From: a virus
Taxonomy: Duplodnaviria; Caudoviricetes
DNA length: 50,668 nucleotides
Virus record (IMG/VR): IMGVR_UViG_3300048768_000066
Location: 1 to 50,668 of that record
Direction: 5' to 3' (one strand)
Shown here piece by piece: positions 1 through 7,280 of this stretch. The position numbers and the translations under genes are program-made. Numbering within the stretch: position 1 is the first letter of the stretch; every line of letters starts with the position of its first letter. The notes beneath the pieces are model-generated. The model was not told where the DNA came from. It did not search any database and saw only the letters and a list, made by a program, of their open reading frames with translations.

Positions 1-127
1 ATCTTTTTTCACGCGCGATTGAAACGTTTCAAAAGGTGGGTTTGATTACTATATCCCAAGAAGGATATATTGTAATAACTAATTGGACTAAAAGACAATT
101 CAAATCTGATAATGCTTATGAACGGGT
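1..127. repeat. Terminal direct repeat, copy 1 (identical to 50542-50668); circular contig
   Basis: The first 127 nt match the last 127 nt exactly and fall inside a continuous ORF; typical assembler k-mer overlap. Confidence 0.95.
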
Positions 128-677
128 GAAGAAATTTAGGGAAGTCAACGCAAAAAGAAACGTTTCAAACCCCGTTTCTGAAACGGCACCAGATACAGAT
201 ACGGATACGGATACGGATAAACCCCCTTTACCCCCCAAAAAGAGGGGGGATGAATACAGCACTGATTTTCTTATTTTCTGGAACCACTATCCCAAAAAAG
301 CGAAAAAGCCGAACGCATATCGGGAGTGGCAAAAAGTAAGAAAAAAAATGCCAGATATGGAGCACATTATTGAGTGTGTTGAAAAACAAAAGACATGGAG
401 GACATGGATTGAGGGATACATCCCGGACCCGGAACGATGGATAAAAAATGAACGATGGACGGACGAAGAACCACCAGTAGGAGGAAATAATGGACGAGGA
501 ACGCGAGACAGCGGCGGAAGACCAGGGATATCGTATCCAAAGGAATGGGCCGGAACAGAGTTACCGCCCCCTGTTTCAGAAGCCGAAAGAGTATCCGCCC
601 TCCGTCGAGTACGAGAATTTATCGGAGAAGGGCCTGATGAGGGTGACGTACCTCCGGGGATCGTTGAAGGGACTTGA
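1..677 (+). CDS. Replication initiator / replisome organiser, C-terminal part (gene starts at 50364 across the junction; ~284 aa total)
   Basis: In frame with MKWFRFWTD... at 50364; NWTKRQFKSDNAYERVKKFR, DTDTDTD linker and FLIFWNHYPKK...YIPDPERWI C-terminal domain typical of phage O/DnaD-like initiators. Confidence 0.8.
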   Translation, partial: LFSRAIETFQKVGLITISQEGYIVITNWTKRQFKSDNAYERVKKFREVNAKRNVSNPVSETAPDTDTDTDTDKPPLPPKKRGDEYSTDFLIFWNHYPKKAKKPNAYREWQKVRKKMPDMEHIIECVEKQKTWRTWIEGYIPDPERWIKNERWTDEEPPVGGNNGRGTRDSGGRPGISYPKEWAGTELPPPVSEAERVSALRRVREFIGEGPDEGDVPPGIVEGT

Positions 678-764
678 GTATGTTTTGTTTGAGGATAATG
701 CGAATCACAAAATAAAACACGGATGGGCCATAAAGAGTGAAAATCAAAGGAGGATTAAATAATT

Positions 765-1001
765 ATGAAAAAGAAAGGGGTAAAGATGAAAATTAAGGAT
801 TTACCGGGCAATCCTAATCTGCGAGGGATTAAATTTCATGATCCCAAAACAGGGACAACCGGCTATTGGTATTCTCAGTGGGGATATCCAGACGGGAAAG
901 CAGGGATCTGGTGGAAGAAAGACATGAAATCTGGTGCTATTTTTCCGCTATTTTTAGACGATCTTAAAGAAGCCCTTGAATTTGAGGTCATTAAGGAGTG
1001 A
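765..1001 (+). CDS. Hypothetical protein
   Basis: ORF coupled to the downstream gene. Confidence 0.6.
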   Translation: MKKKGVKMKIKDLPGNPNLRGIKFHDPKTGTTGYWYSQWGYPDGKAGIWWKKDMKSGAIFPLFLDDLKEALEFEVIKE

Positions 1002-1180
1002 ATATGCTTGAGGTATATGTGCGTAATATCAAAACCGTAAAAGACATCGCTGATTACGAATACATTGTCATGATAAACGCCGAGCAGATCGCAGAGGGGA
1101 AGATTTTGAAACACAAACGGTCGGATGGATGGGGTCCGCTTGTTGAAAGGATAGGAAAGCAAGGGGAATTGAAAAAGTGA
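998..1180 (+). CDS. Hypothetical protein
   Basis: AAGGAG RBS; overlapping start/stop. Confidence 0.6.
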   Translation: MNMLEVYVRNIKTVKDIADYEYIVMINAEQIAEGKILKHKRSDGWGPLVERIGKQGELKK

Positions 1181-1359
1181 CCGAAAAAATCTCAGTCAAT
1201 TCCGTTCCTGCACTGGTCGCCATGAAATTCTGGCTACTGCGTGAACGGCAAAGGCACTTTGACGACATTTGGCAGATCGACAAGGATTTGGATAAGCTGA
1301 AGGAAATCAGGGTGCCGGACAGCCTTGACATTAACGCATGGTATGAGATTGACGTATGA
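1177..1359 (+). CDS. Hypothetical protein
   Basis: GTGA overlap with upstream stop, ATGA overlap downstream. Confidence 0.6.
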   Translation: MTEKISVNSVPALVAMKFWLLRERQRHFDDIWQIDKDLDKLKEIRVPDSLDINAWYEIDV

Positions 1360-1619
1360 AGAAAATGACCGCTATTCTTGTAACGTGGCTTGACGCGAAC
1401 TCCCCCGCCGACAAGTGGATGAATTTGCCAGATTTCAAGGAATCTAATCCTGCGATGAAAATCGAATCGTTAGGGTTTTTCGTCGAGCAAAAAGATAATT
1501 ATCTACGAATGGTGGGAGACCACAGCATCACAAAAGGGGTGGTAAGGGTCACAAACCGCGAATTTAACATCCCCTTGGGGTGCATTTTGACGGTGGAGAA
1601 ATTACATGGAAAAAAGTAA
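1356..1619 (+). CDS. Small conserved-looking phage protein
   Basis: VTWLDA...ESLGF...IPLGCI pattern common in small phage beta proteins. Confidence 0.6.
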   Translation: MKKMTAILVTWLDANSPADKWMNLPDFKESNPAMKIESLGFFVEQKDNYLRMVGDHSITKGVVRVTNREFNIPLGCILTVEKLHGKK

Positions 1620-1776
1620 GCCATGTCCTATTTGCCAAGGTACCGGATTTGCGAATGGCAAACTTTGCCCGTGCGTGACCGGAGAGAAGCCGGCGGTTGA
1701 TTTGCCGGAAGGATGGCAAGACATTTTTGGAGATATCTTTTCCGCTACAAAGGGGAAGAAAAAAGGGGGAAAGTAG
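1606..1776 (+). CDS. Small Cys-rich protein (56 aa), not in ORF track
   Basis: MEKSKPCPICQGTGFANGKLCPC..., CxxCxGxG motif, GGAG RBS. Confidence 0.55.
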   Translation: MEKSKPCPICQGTGFANGKLCPCVTGEKPAVDLPEGWQDIFGDIFSATKGKKKGGK

Positions 1777-1830
1777 TGGAAAGTTATATTTTAAGGGCCG
1801 AAAATAGGCCACACAGAACACAAATGGCGC

Positions 1831-2127
1831 ATGGAGTATAACATGGATAAAAAAACCATCAAAAGTAAATATGTGCCGGTAAGTCTTACCGAACAATTCA
1901 TTTTGAACTATGCCGCCCTGCCCCCGGAATTTGACAGTTGGCGATATTATCGCGTTGAATATGGGGGCTGCAATGAGGATTGCTTCAAGGAGATGCCAAT
2001 TTTTCTTCCCCCCGCAGCAGACCCCGAGATTATTGAATTGCTGTTTGAATTATGGCAGGCGCGGACCCATAACCGTCGGAAAAAGATAAAGCATAAAATC
2101 ATTGAGGAATTGGAGATATACTTATGA
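1831..2127 (+). CDS. Hypothetical protein
   Basis: ORF coupled to the phosphoesterase start. Confidence 0.55.
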   Translation: MEYNMDKKTIKSKYVPVSLTEQFILNYAALPPEFDSWRYYRVEYGGCNEDCFKEMPIFLPPAADPEIIELLFELWQARTHNRRKKIKHKIIEELEIYL

Positions 2128-3092
2128 CAAAATCTGAAATTGTCCAAGATGCAATCAGGAGGTTTGAACATTTACCAACGCGGACGCTGGCCCGTTACAT
2201 CCTACATAATTACGGGCCTGTCTTTGATGGAAACCTCGAAAATATTCGAGGGATAATTCGTTATCATGTCGGCAAAAGTGGAGGTGGAAACAGGAAATCA
2301 AAAAAAGACTTTATCCACCACTCCCCCCAAGCGTTACCTCCAACGTGGCGCAAAACCCGGAATCCTTACAAGCTCCCCGTTGGCCTCTGGCTTGTCCTGT
2401 CTGATCTCCATATCCCATTTCATGAACCAAAGCCCATTGAAACCGCCGTGAAGTTCGGGCAGGCGGAAAAGGTGACGGGAATTCTGTTCAATGGGGATCT
2501 CCAGGACTGCGCGTCGATCTCCTACTGGCCTTCGGGCAGGAAACGGGATTTCGATAAAGAGGTTGAAATATTCATTGATTTCCTTGATTTCATTGACCAC
2601 GAATTTCCAAAAGTCTTGAAAGTTTACAAACCCGGAAATCATGAATATCGCTTGCCGCGTTATTACCAGCAGAAGGCCCCGGAAATGATCGGCCTCCCCC
2701 TCCAGGCCGTCGATGATATCCTCGGCCTTGAATATAGGGGAATCGAGTTTTTAGACTACCATCAAATCGTTATGGCGGGGAAACTGCCCATCATTCACGG
2801 CCATGAAATCGCAAATATCAATCGTGCCGTCAATCCAGCTCGCGGTTTATTCATGCGCACAAAATCATGGGCGGCGTGCTCGCATTGCCATACCACGAGT
2901 GAACATACAGCTAAAAATATACAAGGGAATTTACTTACCTGCTGGTCATTCGGCTGCCTTTCGGATCTTTCCCCTGATTTTAACCCTTATGGAAACGATT
3001 GGAACTGGGGCGTTGCTTTAGTAAATGTTGAGAAAAATGGAGATTTTGAAGTTCAAAACAGGCGCATCCTCCCGAGCGGGAAAATTGCATAA
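2124..3092 (+). CDS. Calcineurin-like metallophosphoesterase with N-terminal helical extension
   Basis: SDLH, NGD, GNHE, HGH and HCH motifs in canonical order. Confidence 0.85.
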   Translation: MTKSEIVQDAIRRFEHLPTRTLARYILHNYGPVFDGNLENIRGIIRYHVGKSGGGNRKSKKDFIHHSPQALPPTWRKTRNPYKLPVGLWLVLSDLHIPFHEPKPIETAVKFGQAEKVTGILFNGDLQDCASISYWPSGRKRDFDKEVEIFIDFLDFIDHEFPKVLKVYKPGNHEYRLPRYYQQKAPEMIGLPLQAVDDILGLEYRGIEFLDYHQIVMAGKLPIIHGHEIANINRAVNPARGLFMRTKSWAACSHCHTTSEHTAKNIQGNLLTCWSFGCLSDLSPDFNPYGNDWNWGVALVNVEKNGDFEVQNRRILPSGKIA

Positions 3093-3122
3093 AAAAAGGG
3101 CGAGGGATTTCTCCCCCGCCCT
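3091..3122 (-). terminator. Intrinsic terminator between convergent operons
   Basis: Minus strand AGGGCGGGGGA-GAAA-TCCCTCGCCCT followed by T7. Confidence 0.8.
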
Positions 3123-3177
3123 AATTCTTGTCAGAAAAACTGATCTATATTTCTGACAAATATTTTCCACTCCCTCT

Positions 3178-3450
3178 CTATTCGGCCTTGGCGATTGCGG
3201 CGCGAATACGGTCAATGACTACCTGTCCCGGCAGTGCCATGAGGTTCGTCACGGCCAGGACGTCGGGATGCTCAAGATAACGTACAGCCATCATCAACGC
3301 CTCAAGTAGCTCCGGCGAACTTGCGATGAGGCGGGCGTCCTGTTGTCTTTCACATCGGGCGATATATTGATGATTCCCACCGACCTCCTCGATAGTCCAG
3401 GTGCATTTCCCATTAAAACTCACTCCCCACGGTCCCGCTGTTGCTTTCAT
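3178..3450 (-). CDS. Small early/accessory protein
   Basis: TAGPW...DARLIASSPELLEAL...RAAIAKAE, a widespread phage accessory motif. Confidence 0.75.
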   Translation of the reverse strand: MKATAGPWGVSFNGKCTWTIEEVGGNHQYIARCERQQDARLIASSPELLEALMMAVRYLEHPDVLAVTNLMALPGQVVIDRIRAAIAKAE

Positions 3451-3475
3451 ATTCCCGTCCTCCCTTTCCTTTGCG

Positions 3476-3742
3476 TTATTTCACCGCCATTTCAAGCGCG
3501 GCCTTGGCCTGCTCAATCGGGTGCTCCATACTGACATGGTTCCATCCGTCAAAATAGCCGGCTGATTCTCGTGCCAGTACCGCAAGAAGCAACTTCCGCA
3601 ATGCCTCGACCAGCACCACGTTCTCGTGGACCATCTTGTCAATCAGGGATTGCTTGCCCTCGATGTTAAGGGCCATTTCGTCGTGGACCTTTCGCAAGCG
3701 GTCCACTTCTGCCGTCCATTCGTTTTCAAATGGCTCTGTCAT
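3476..3742 (-). CDS. Small coiled-coil accessory protein
   Basis: GGAGG RBS; LVEALRKLL...AKAAL motif. Confidence 0.65.
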   Translation of the reverse strand: MTEPFENEWTAEVDRLRKVHDEMALNIEGKQSLIDKMVHENVVLVEALRKLLLAVLARESAGYFDGWNHVSMEHPIEQAKAALEMAVK

Positions 3743-3924
3743 TGTGTCGCCTCCTTCAATTCATCAATGAGTTTGTCGCATTTTAACCCATATCGAGATT
3801 GCACCTTAACCCAAAACCGCTTTCCCCCAGAGACGGATGGGATGTCATTATCCTTAAACAGTTTTCTGCATTTTTTCACTTCATCCGAGTTGTCCAAAAG
3901 GTATCTGATTCCGTGGTGTTTCAT
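3739..3924 (-). CDS. Hypothetical early protein
   Basis: GGAGGAG RBS; coupled to the next gene. Confidence 0.6.
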   Translation of the reverse strand: MKHHGIRYLLDNSDEVKKCRKLFKDNDIPSVSGGKRFWVKVQSRYGLKCDKLIDELKEATQ

Positions 3925-3968
3925 AACTCCTCCTCTCCGCGCTTCCGGGGGCGCGGTCCCCGTGAAGG

Positions 3969-4208
3969 TTAGGCTGTTATAAGCCGATCATTCCACCATT
4001 TCAGGGCGTCTGCCCCTGATTCCGTCGTCATTGTCGCGTGTCCCTGCAACCGGAGGCGTCTCAACGCTACCCGGTCCGCGTCGTTGATATCCTCGGCATT
4101 GTTTAAGCATGTCCAGCCGCAACGCGCTACCGCCTCCTCGATATCCTCCGGCGCAAGCCTAAGCCGTCGTATTTTCCCGTCGTCGCCATATCCTGCATTG
4201 ATTATCAT
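3969..4208 (-). CDS. Hypothetical early protein
   Basis: AAGGAG RBS. Confidence 0.6.
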   Translation of the reverse strand: MIINAGYGDDGKIRRLRLAPEDIEEAVARCGWTCLNNAEDINDADRVALRRLRLQGHATMTTESGADALKWWNDRLITA

Positions 4209-4235
4209 CGTCTTTTCTCCTTTCAGGGTAAGAGG

Positions 4236-4496
4236 TTAATGAACATGTTCCCAGGTAAAATCTACCAACCTCAAAATATGGATATTGTCAAACCTTGCTT
4301 TGTGTTCCTCTGAAAGCGCATTATAAACGGTCCTCATGGCGTTTTTCGTGAAGGCGTCCATATAAACAAAGCCCTTCTTGCTGCCCGTAAACGCCTCCTT
4401 GACGTCGTATTGCCACGGCGTCCCCTTTACATGGTCAACCTTTCGCGGTCTGATAAGTTGCAGCCCTTCTGATTTGATGATTTCCGATGCTGTCAT
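4236..4496 (-). CDS. Hypothetical early protein
   Basis: AAGGGGGA RBS. Confidence 0.65.
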   Translation of the reverse strand: MTASEIIKSEGLQLIRPRKVDHVKGTPWQYDVKEAFTGSKKGFVYMDAFTKNAMRTVYNALSEEHKARFDNIHILRLVDFTWEHVH

Positions 4497-4531
4497 GATG
4501 TCCCCCTTCTCCCCGTCGTGCCGGGGTGTTG

Positions 4532-4669
4532 TTATGTGTTTTTCTTTTTATGGCTGTCATGCCATGCCGTCATTTGTTTGTCAGTCGTTTCATATTTGAT
4601 CTTCCGTGACCATTTGCCGCAAGTGCAACCGATTGTTTCTTCATCAATGACCGTCATCTCATGTTTCAT
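4532..4669 (-). CDS. Small early protein (45 aa, CxCG motif), not in ORF track
   Basis: MKHEMTVIDEETIGCTCGKW...; starts at the repeated leader/RBS element. Confidence 0.6.
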   Translation of the reverse strand: MKHEMTVIDEETIGCTCGKWSRKIKYETTDKQMTAWHDSHKKKNT

Positions 4670-4730
4670 TTTCCTTCCCTCCTGTTTTATGTCCTGCACC
4701 TTGCAGGCTGTGAGGCCAGCGTGATGTTCT

Positions 4731-4952
4731 TTACTTCCAAATCAGTAAACGATGTTCGGGTGCCGCTCCATGCTCTAACGCAAACCGCCCTTCTTTGGGG
4801 CATACGGATAGATGAACAGCAATCCCGTACCCCGGATGATGTTCTATGCCTGTGGCGTATCTCATGAGACGCTTGGCTCTATCCCTGTTGATGGGTGAGG
4901 CATATCCGTACCCGCTCCAAGACCCCGTCATTGCGATGTAATGCTTTTTCAT
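4731..4952 (-). CDS. Hypothetical early protein (start revised to MKKHY)
   Basis: Start follows the repeated AAAACAGGAGGGAAGGAAA leader. Confidence 0.6.
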   Translation of the reverse strand: MKKHYIAMTGSWSGYGYASPINRDRAKRLMRYATGIEHHPGYGIAVHLSVCPKEGRFALEHGAAPEHRLLIWK

Positions 4953-4969
4953 TTTCCTTCCCTCCTGTT

Positions 4970-5155
4970 TTATTTGATTTCGCCGCCGTACATACAATTT
5001 AACAAAATACTCTGCTCATATCGCCGCCAGACATCAGGAGCATTTTCCTTCATCCAGCCCCTGATTGATGTATTGGATTCCTTTGCGCTCTGGTAGCATT
5101 CCCTCCAATAATCCCGATCCGCTGTTAGGTTTTTTATTGTTGTATCTTTTGTCAT
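4970..5155 (-). CDS. Hypothetical early protein (start revised to MTKDT)
   Basis: Start follows the repeated AAAACAGGAGG leader. Confidence 0.6.
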   Translation of the reverse strand: MTKDTTIKNLTADRDYWRECYQSAKESNTSIRGWMKENAPDVWRRYEQSILLNCMYGGEIK

Positions 5156-5212
5156 GATGTCCTCCTGTTTTATTTCCTGCACCTTGCAGGCTCTAAGATG
5201 TGCCGGTGGCTG

Positions 5213-5404
5213 TTAGGTAAGGGAGTCATTTAAAAATGCTTTTGCTGCGTCTATATCCGCTTGGAATGTTTTGTTTTGCGATAATGCAGCAATCGCTCCC
5301 TTGATTGCAATCACCATCTTATCGTTTTTCTGTTTCAATTCAACAACTTTATAATGATACTCGCTCAGATTTCCCGTGGTCATGCCTTCCATAATATTCT
5401 CCAT
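5213..5404 (-). CDS. Hypothetical early protein, first gene of leftward operon (start uncertain)
   Basis: GGAG RBS candidates before ATG 5404 and 5392. Confidence 0.55.
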   Translation of the reverse strand: MENIMEGMTTGNLSEYHYKVVELKQKNDKMVIAIKGAIAALSQNKTFQADIDAAKAFLNDSLT

Positions 5405-5546
5405 TTCTCCGGCACATTTCACAGCCTGCAAGCTGTATTCCCTGCCATCCGCCCCGCCGTTTCTCCCTGGACTAACCCCAGGTGCCCCCGGTCAAGTGGT
5501 TCTGGATTCTCTTGATTTGGTTGTGAATGAGCTTTGCCTTATATGA

Positions 5547-5562
5547 TGCAACGCCCATGCCA
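5547..5562 (-). promoter_or_regulatory. Sigma54 (-24/-12) promoter for leftward early operon
   Basis: Minus strand TGGCATGGGCGTTGCA fits TGGCAY-N5-TTGCW; intergenic and correctly oriented. Confidence 0.75.
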
Positions 5563-5646
5563 AACCATAGGCCAACATCAGGAAAGCCGCGCCAGTCCTA
5601 CAAAAGAAAATTATCGTAGAACGAAAATAGAACGGATGCCATATCG

Positions 5647-5659
5647 TAAACGCTTGATA
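5647..5659 (-). promoter_or_regulatory. IHF-binding site
   Basis: Minus strand TATCAAGCGTTTA fits WATCAANNNNTTR. Confidence 0.6.
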
Positions 5660-5660
5660 C

Positions 5661-5795
5661 TGGATACAAAGTATCCGAAAACTGTTCAATAAGTATCCAA
5701 AAAGGTGGATACAAAGTATCCGAAAATAGTTTACATAACATCCGCCCATAATTAATTTCTTCAAAACTGGATACTAAGTGGATACTTTTTCCCCA
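5661..5795. promoter_or_regulatory. Array of 17-bp operator/enhancer-like palindromes
   Basis: TGGATACAAAGTATCCG at 5661 and 5706; degenerate copies at 5683, 5728 and 5779; 22-23 bp period. Confidence 0.75.
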
Positions 5796-5797
5796 TA

Positions 5798-5832
5798 ATT
5801 CCCCTTGACATGATACCAAAACGGCGTATGAT
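5798..5832 (+). promoter_or_regulatory. Sigma70-like promoter with ATTCCCC-extended -35
   Basis: TTGACA-16 nt-TATGAT. Confidence 0.6.
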
Positions 5833-5839
5833 ATAGGCC

Positions 5840-6082
5840 ATGGATCTGGAAGGGACAAGACAGGATCTGGTCAGGCTATTTCGTCAAGGGCGATTAGGTA
5901 TTGACGCCGAAGGTCTGCTTGAACTCCTGGACGACATCTATCAGGCCGACAGTGAATACAACTGGCCAACCGACAGGGATCTCATGAGACGGTGCCCATC
6001 ATGCCGGATACGGTATAGGATCACCGAAGCTCACCGCGAGCCTAAACTCTGCCCCTATTGCCACTTTCAAATCTTTTCTTAA
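5840..6082 (+). CDS. Zinc-ribbon protein, possible regulator
   Basis: CPSC...CPYC. Confidence 0.6.
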   Translation: MDLEGTRQDLVRLFRQGRLGIDAEGLLELLDDIYQADSEYNWPTDRDLMRRCPSCRIRYRITEAHREPKLCPYCHFQIFS

Positions 6083-6083
6083 A

Positions 6084-6119
6084 ATTCCCCTTGACAAATC
6101 AAAAAAACCGTGCTAATAT
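6084..6119 (+). promoter_or_regulatory. Sigma70-like promoter for the packaging/structural operon
   Basis: ATTCCCC-TTGACA-17 nt-TAATAT with TGn extended -10. Confidence 0.75.
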
Positions 6120-6234
6120 GTAATCATAAGACAGATGAAAATAGTGTCAATACCCTTTTCGAGTGCGTAAACCTTGTTCTTAATGCTGGCCCCAGCAGTA
6201 GCAAAGCGTTAGCGGAGCGAATAGGACCTCAAGC

Positions 6235-6666
6235 ATGACCCCAGCCCAACAGGCCATCGTCGCACAAAAGACCCTCGAGGGGGTCCCTGGCTGCACTATC
6301 GCGCAATCCCTCGGTGTACATCCTTCCACCGTCACCCGAAACCGTCAATCAGTCCGAGCTTACATAGAACAGGAAATATCCGCCCTCATGCAACGAGGGC
6401 TGAAACCCGCCCGACGTACCCTCTGCCGGCTGGCTGCGATGGGAACCACCAAACAAGCAGACAAAGACACCCTGACCCTCTCTCTCAAAGCCTCCCAGAT
6501 CATCATCGGCCATGCGAACCCCCAGCCAGGAACAGTCGTCTACAACCTAACTCAGATCAACCAACATGAAATGCCGGAAAGTATAAGCAGACTATTCCAG
6601 CAGATCGCACACAACGACACCGGCACCGGCTCTATGCTCCAAGTGGAGGATGCTATTGATGTTTGA
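6235..6666 (+). CDS. Probable terminase small subunit
   Basis: N-terminal HTH (IAQSLGVHPSTVTR), helical core, size, and position at the head of the late operon. Confidence 0.55.
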   Translation: MTPAQQAIVAQKTLEGVPGCTIAQSLGVHPSTVTRNRQSVRAYIEQEISALMQRGLKPARRTLCRLAAMGTTKQADKDTLTLSLKASQIIIGHANPQPGTVVYNLTQINQHEMPESISRLFQQIAHNDTGTGSMLQVEDAIDV

Positions 6667-6736
6667 TCGATCTCAGTTGTTGATAACTTCTCCATCAACC
6701 TATCTCCACCCTGTTCACAACTCCCTCCACCAATCA

Positions 6737-6749
6737 TATCAAGGGGTTA
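6737..6749 (+). promoter_or_regulatory. IHF-binding site
   Basis: TATCAAGGGGTTA fits WATCAANNNNTTR. Confidence 0.6.
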
Positions 6750-6758
6750 GGTGATGAT

Positions 6759-6799
6759 AGTTGACATAATTGGTTGTCATAATGTATGTTATAAGACAT
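6759..6799 (-). other. dif-like XerC/XerD recombination site with duplicated XerD-type arm
   Basis: Minus strand ATGTCTTATAA-CATACA-TTATGACAACC-AA-TTATGTCAACT; 11-6-11 geometry like dif. Confidence 0.6.
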
Positions 6800-6924
6800 T
6801 GGCTGTTGATAGTGGAGCGTGATGGTTGTTTAGTGGCGTGCGGTGGAGGGGAGGGGATGACCGGTTTTAGGGGAGGTAGAGGTGCCACAGATACCAATCC
6901 CGTTCAACACGCAAGGGGTAAAAT

Positions 6925-7272
6925 TTGAGATCTACTGCGCAACAGAGAGAGAATCATAGGCGGCATGACAGGAAATGTCGTCATGAGATTCGTGATTACA
7001 TTGATGCTATCAAGGCAACTGGTTGCGTATTGTGCGGTTATGTGAAGTGTTTGTCAGCGATAGAGTTCCACCATATAAGACGCGATAAAGAGCAGACAAT
7101 ATCGGACATACAGAAGTCTTTAAAAAAGGTAAAGGTTGAAATTGCTAAGTGTATTATTGTCTGTTCCAACTGCCATCGTGAGATTCACGCGGGGAAAATT
7201 GAAGTACACAACCATACCGAGACAGGGGTGGTTGAGGAATTGCCGTTATTGAAACTTATCAGTAATACTTAG
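6925..7272 (+). CDS. HNH endonuclease
   Basis: CVLCG...EFHH...EIAKCIIVCSNCHREIH. Confidence 0.85.
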   Translation: MRSTAQQRENHRRHDRKCRHEIRDYIDAIKATGCVLCGYVKCLSAIEFHHIRRDKEQTISDIQKSLKKVKVEIAKCIIVCSNCHREIHAGKIEVHNHTETGVVEELPLLKLISNT

Positions 7273-7280
7273 GAGTAAAG

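Larger units (their letters stand above)
4664..5192 (-). repeat. Repeated gene-leader elements (4664-4709, 4947-4973, 5161-5192)
   Basis: 27-nt identity between 4664-4690 and 4947-4973; 31/32 identity between 4678-4709 and 5161-5192. Confidence 0.85.

Noticed and set aside
1-127. Biological terminal repeat
   Set aside because: Exactly 127 nt, a common assembler k-mer, and it interrupts a gene; indicates circularity, not physical ends
5661-5795. Mini-CRISPR array
   Set aside because: Only two exact 21-nt copies, the intervening DNA is itself a degenerate copy, and there are no cas genes; better explained as binding sites
5492-5858. Minus-strand ORFs 5492-5764 and 5598-5858
   Set aside because: Their repeated peptides simply mirror the palindrome array; the region reads as regulatory DNA
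6678-6720. DnaA boxes (TGTTGATAA, TGTTCACAA)
   Set aside because: Each mismatches the TTWTNCACA consensus and there are too few to call an origin
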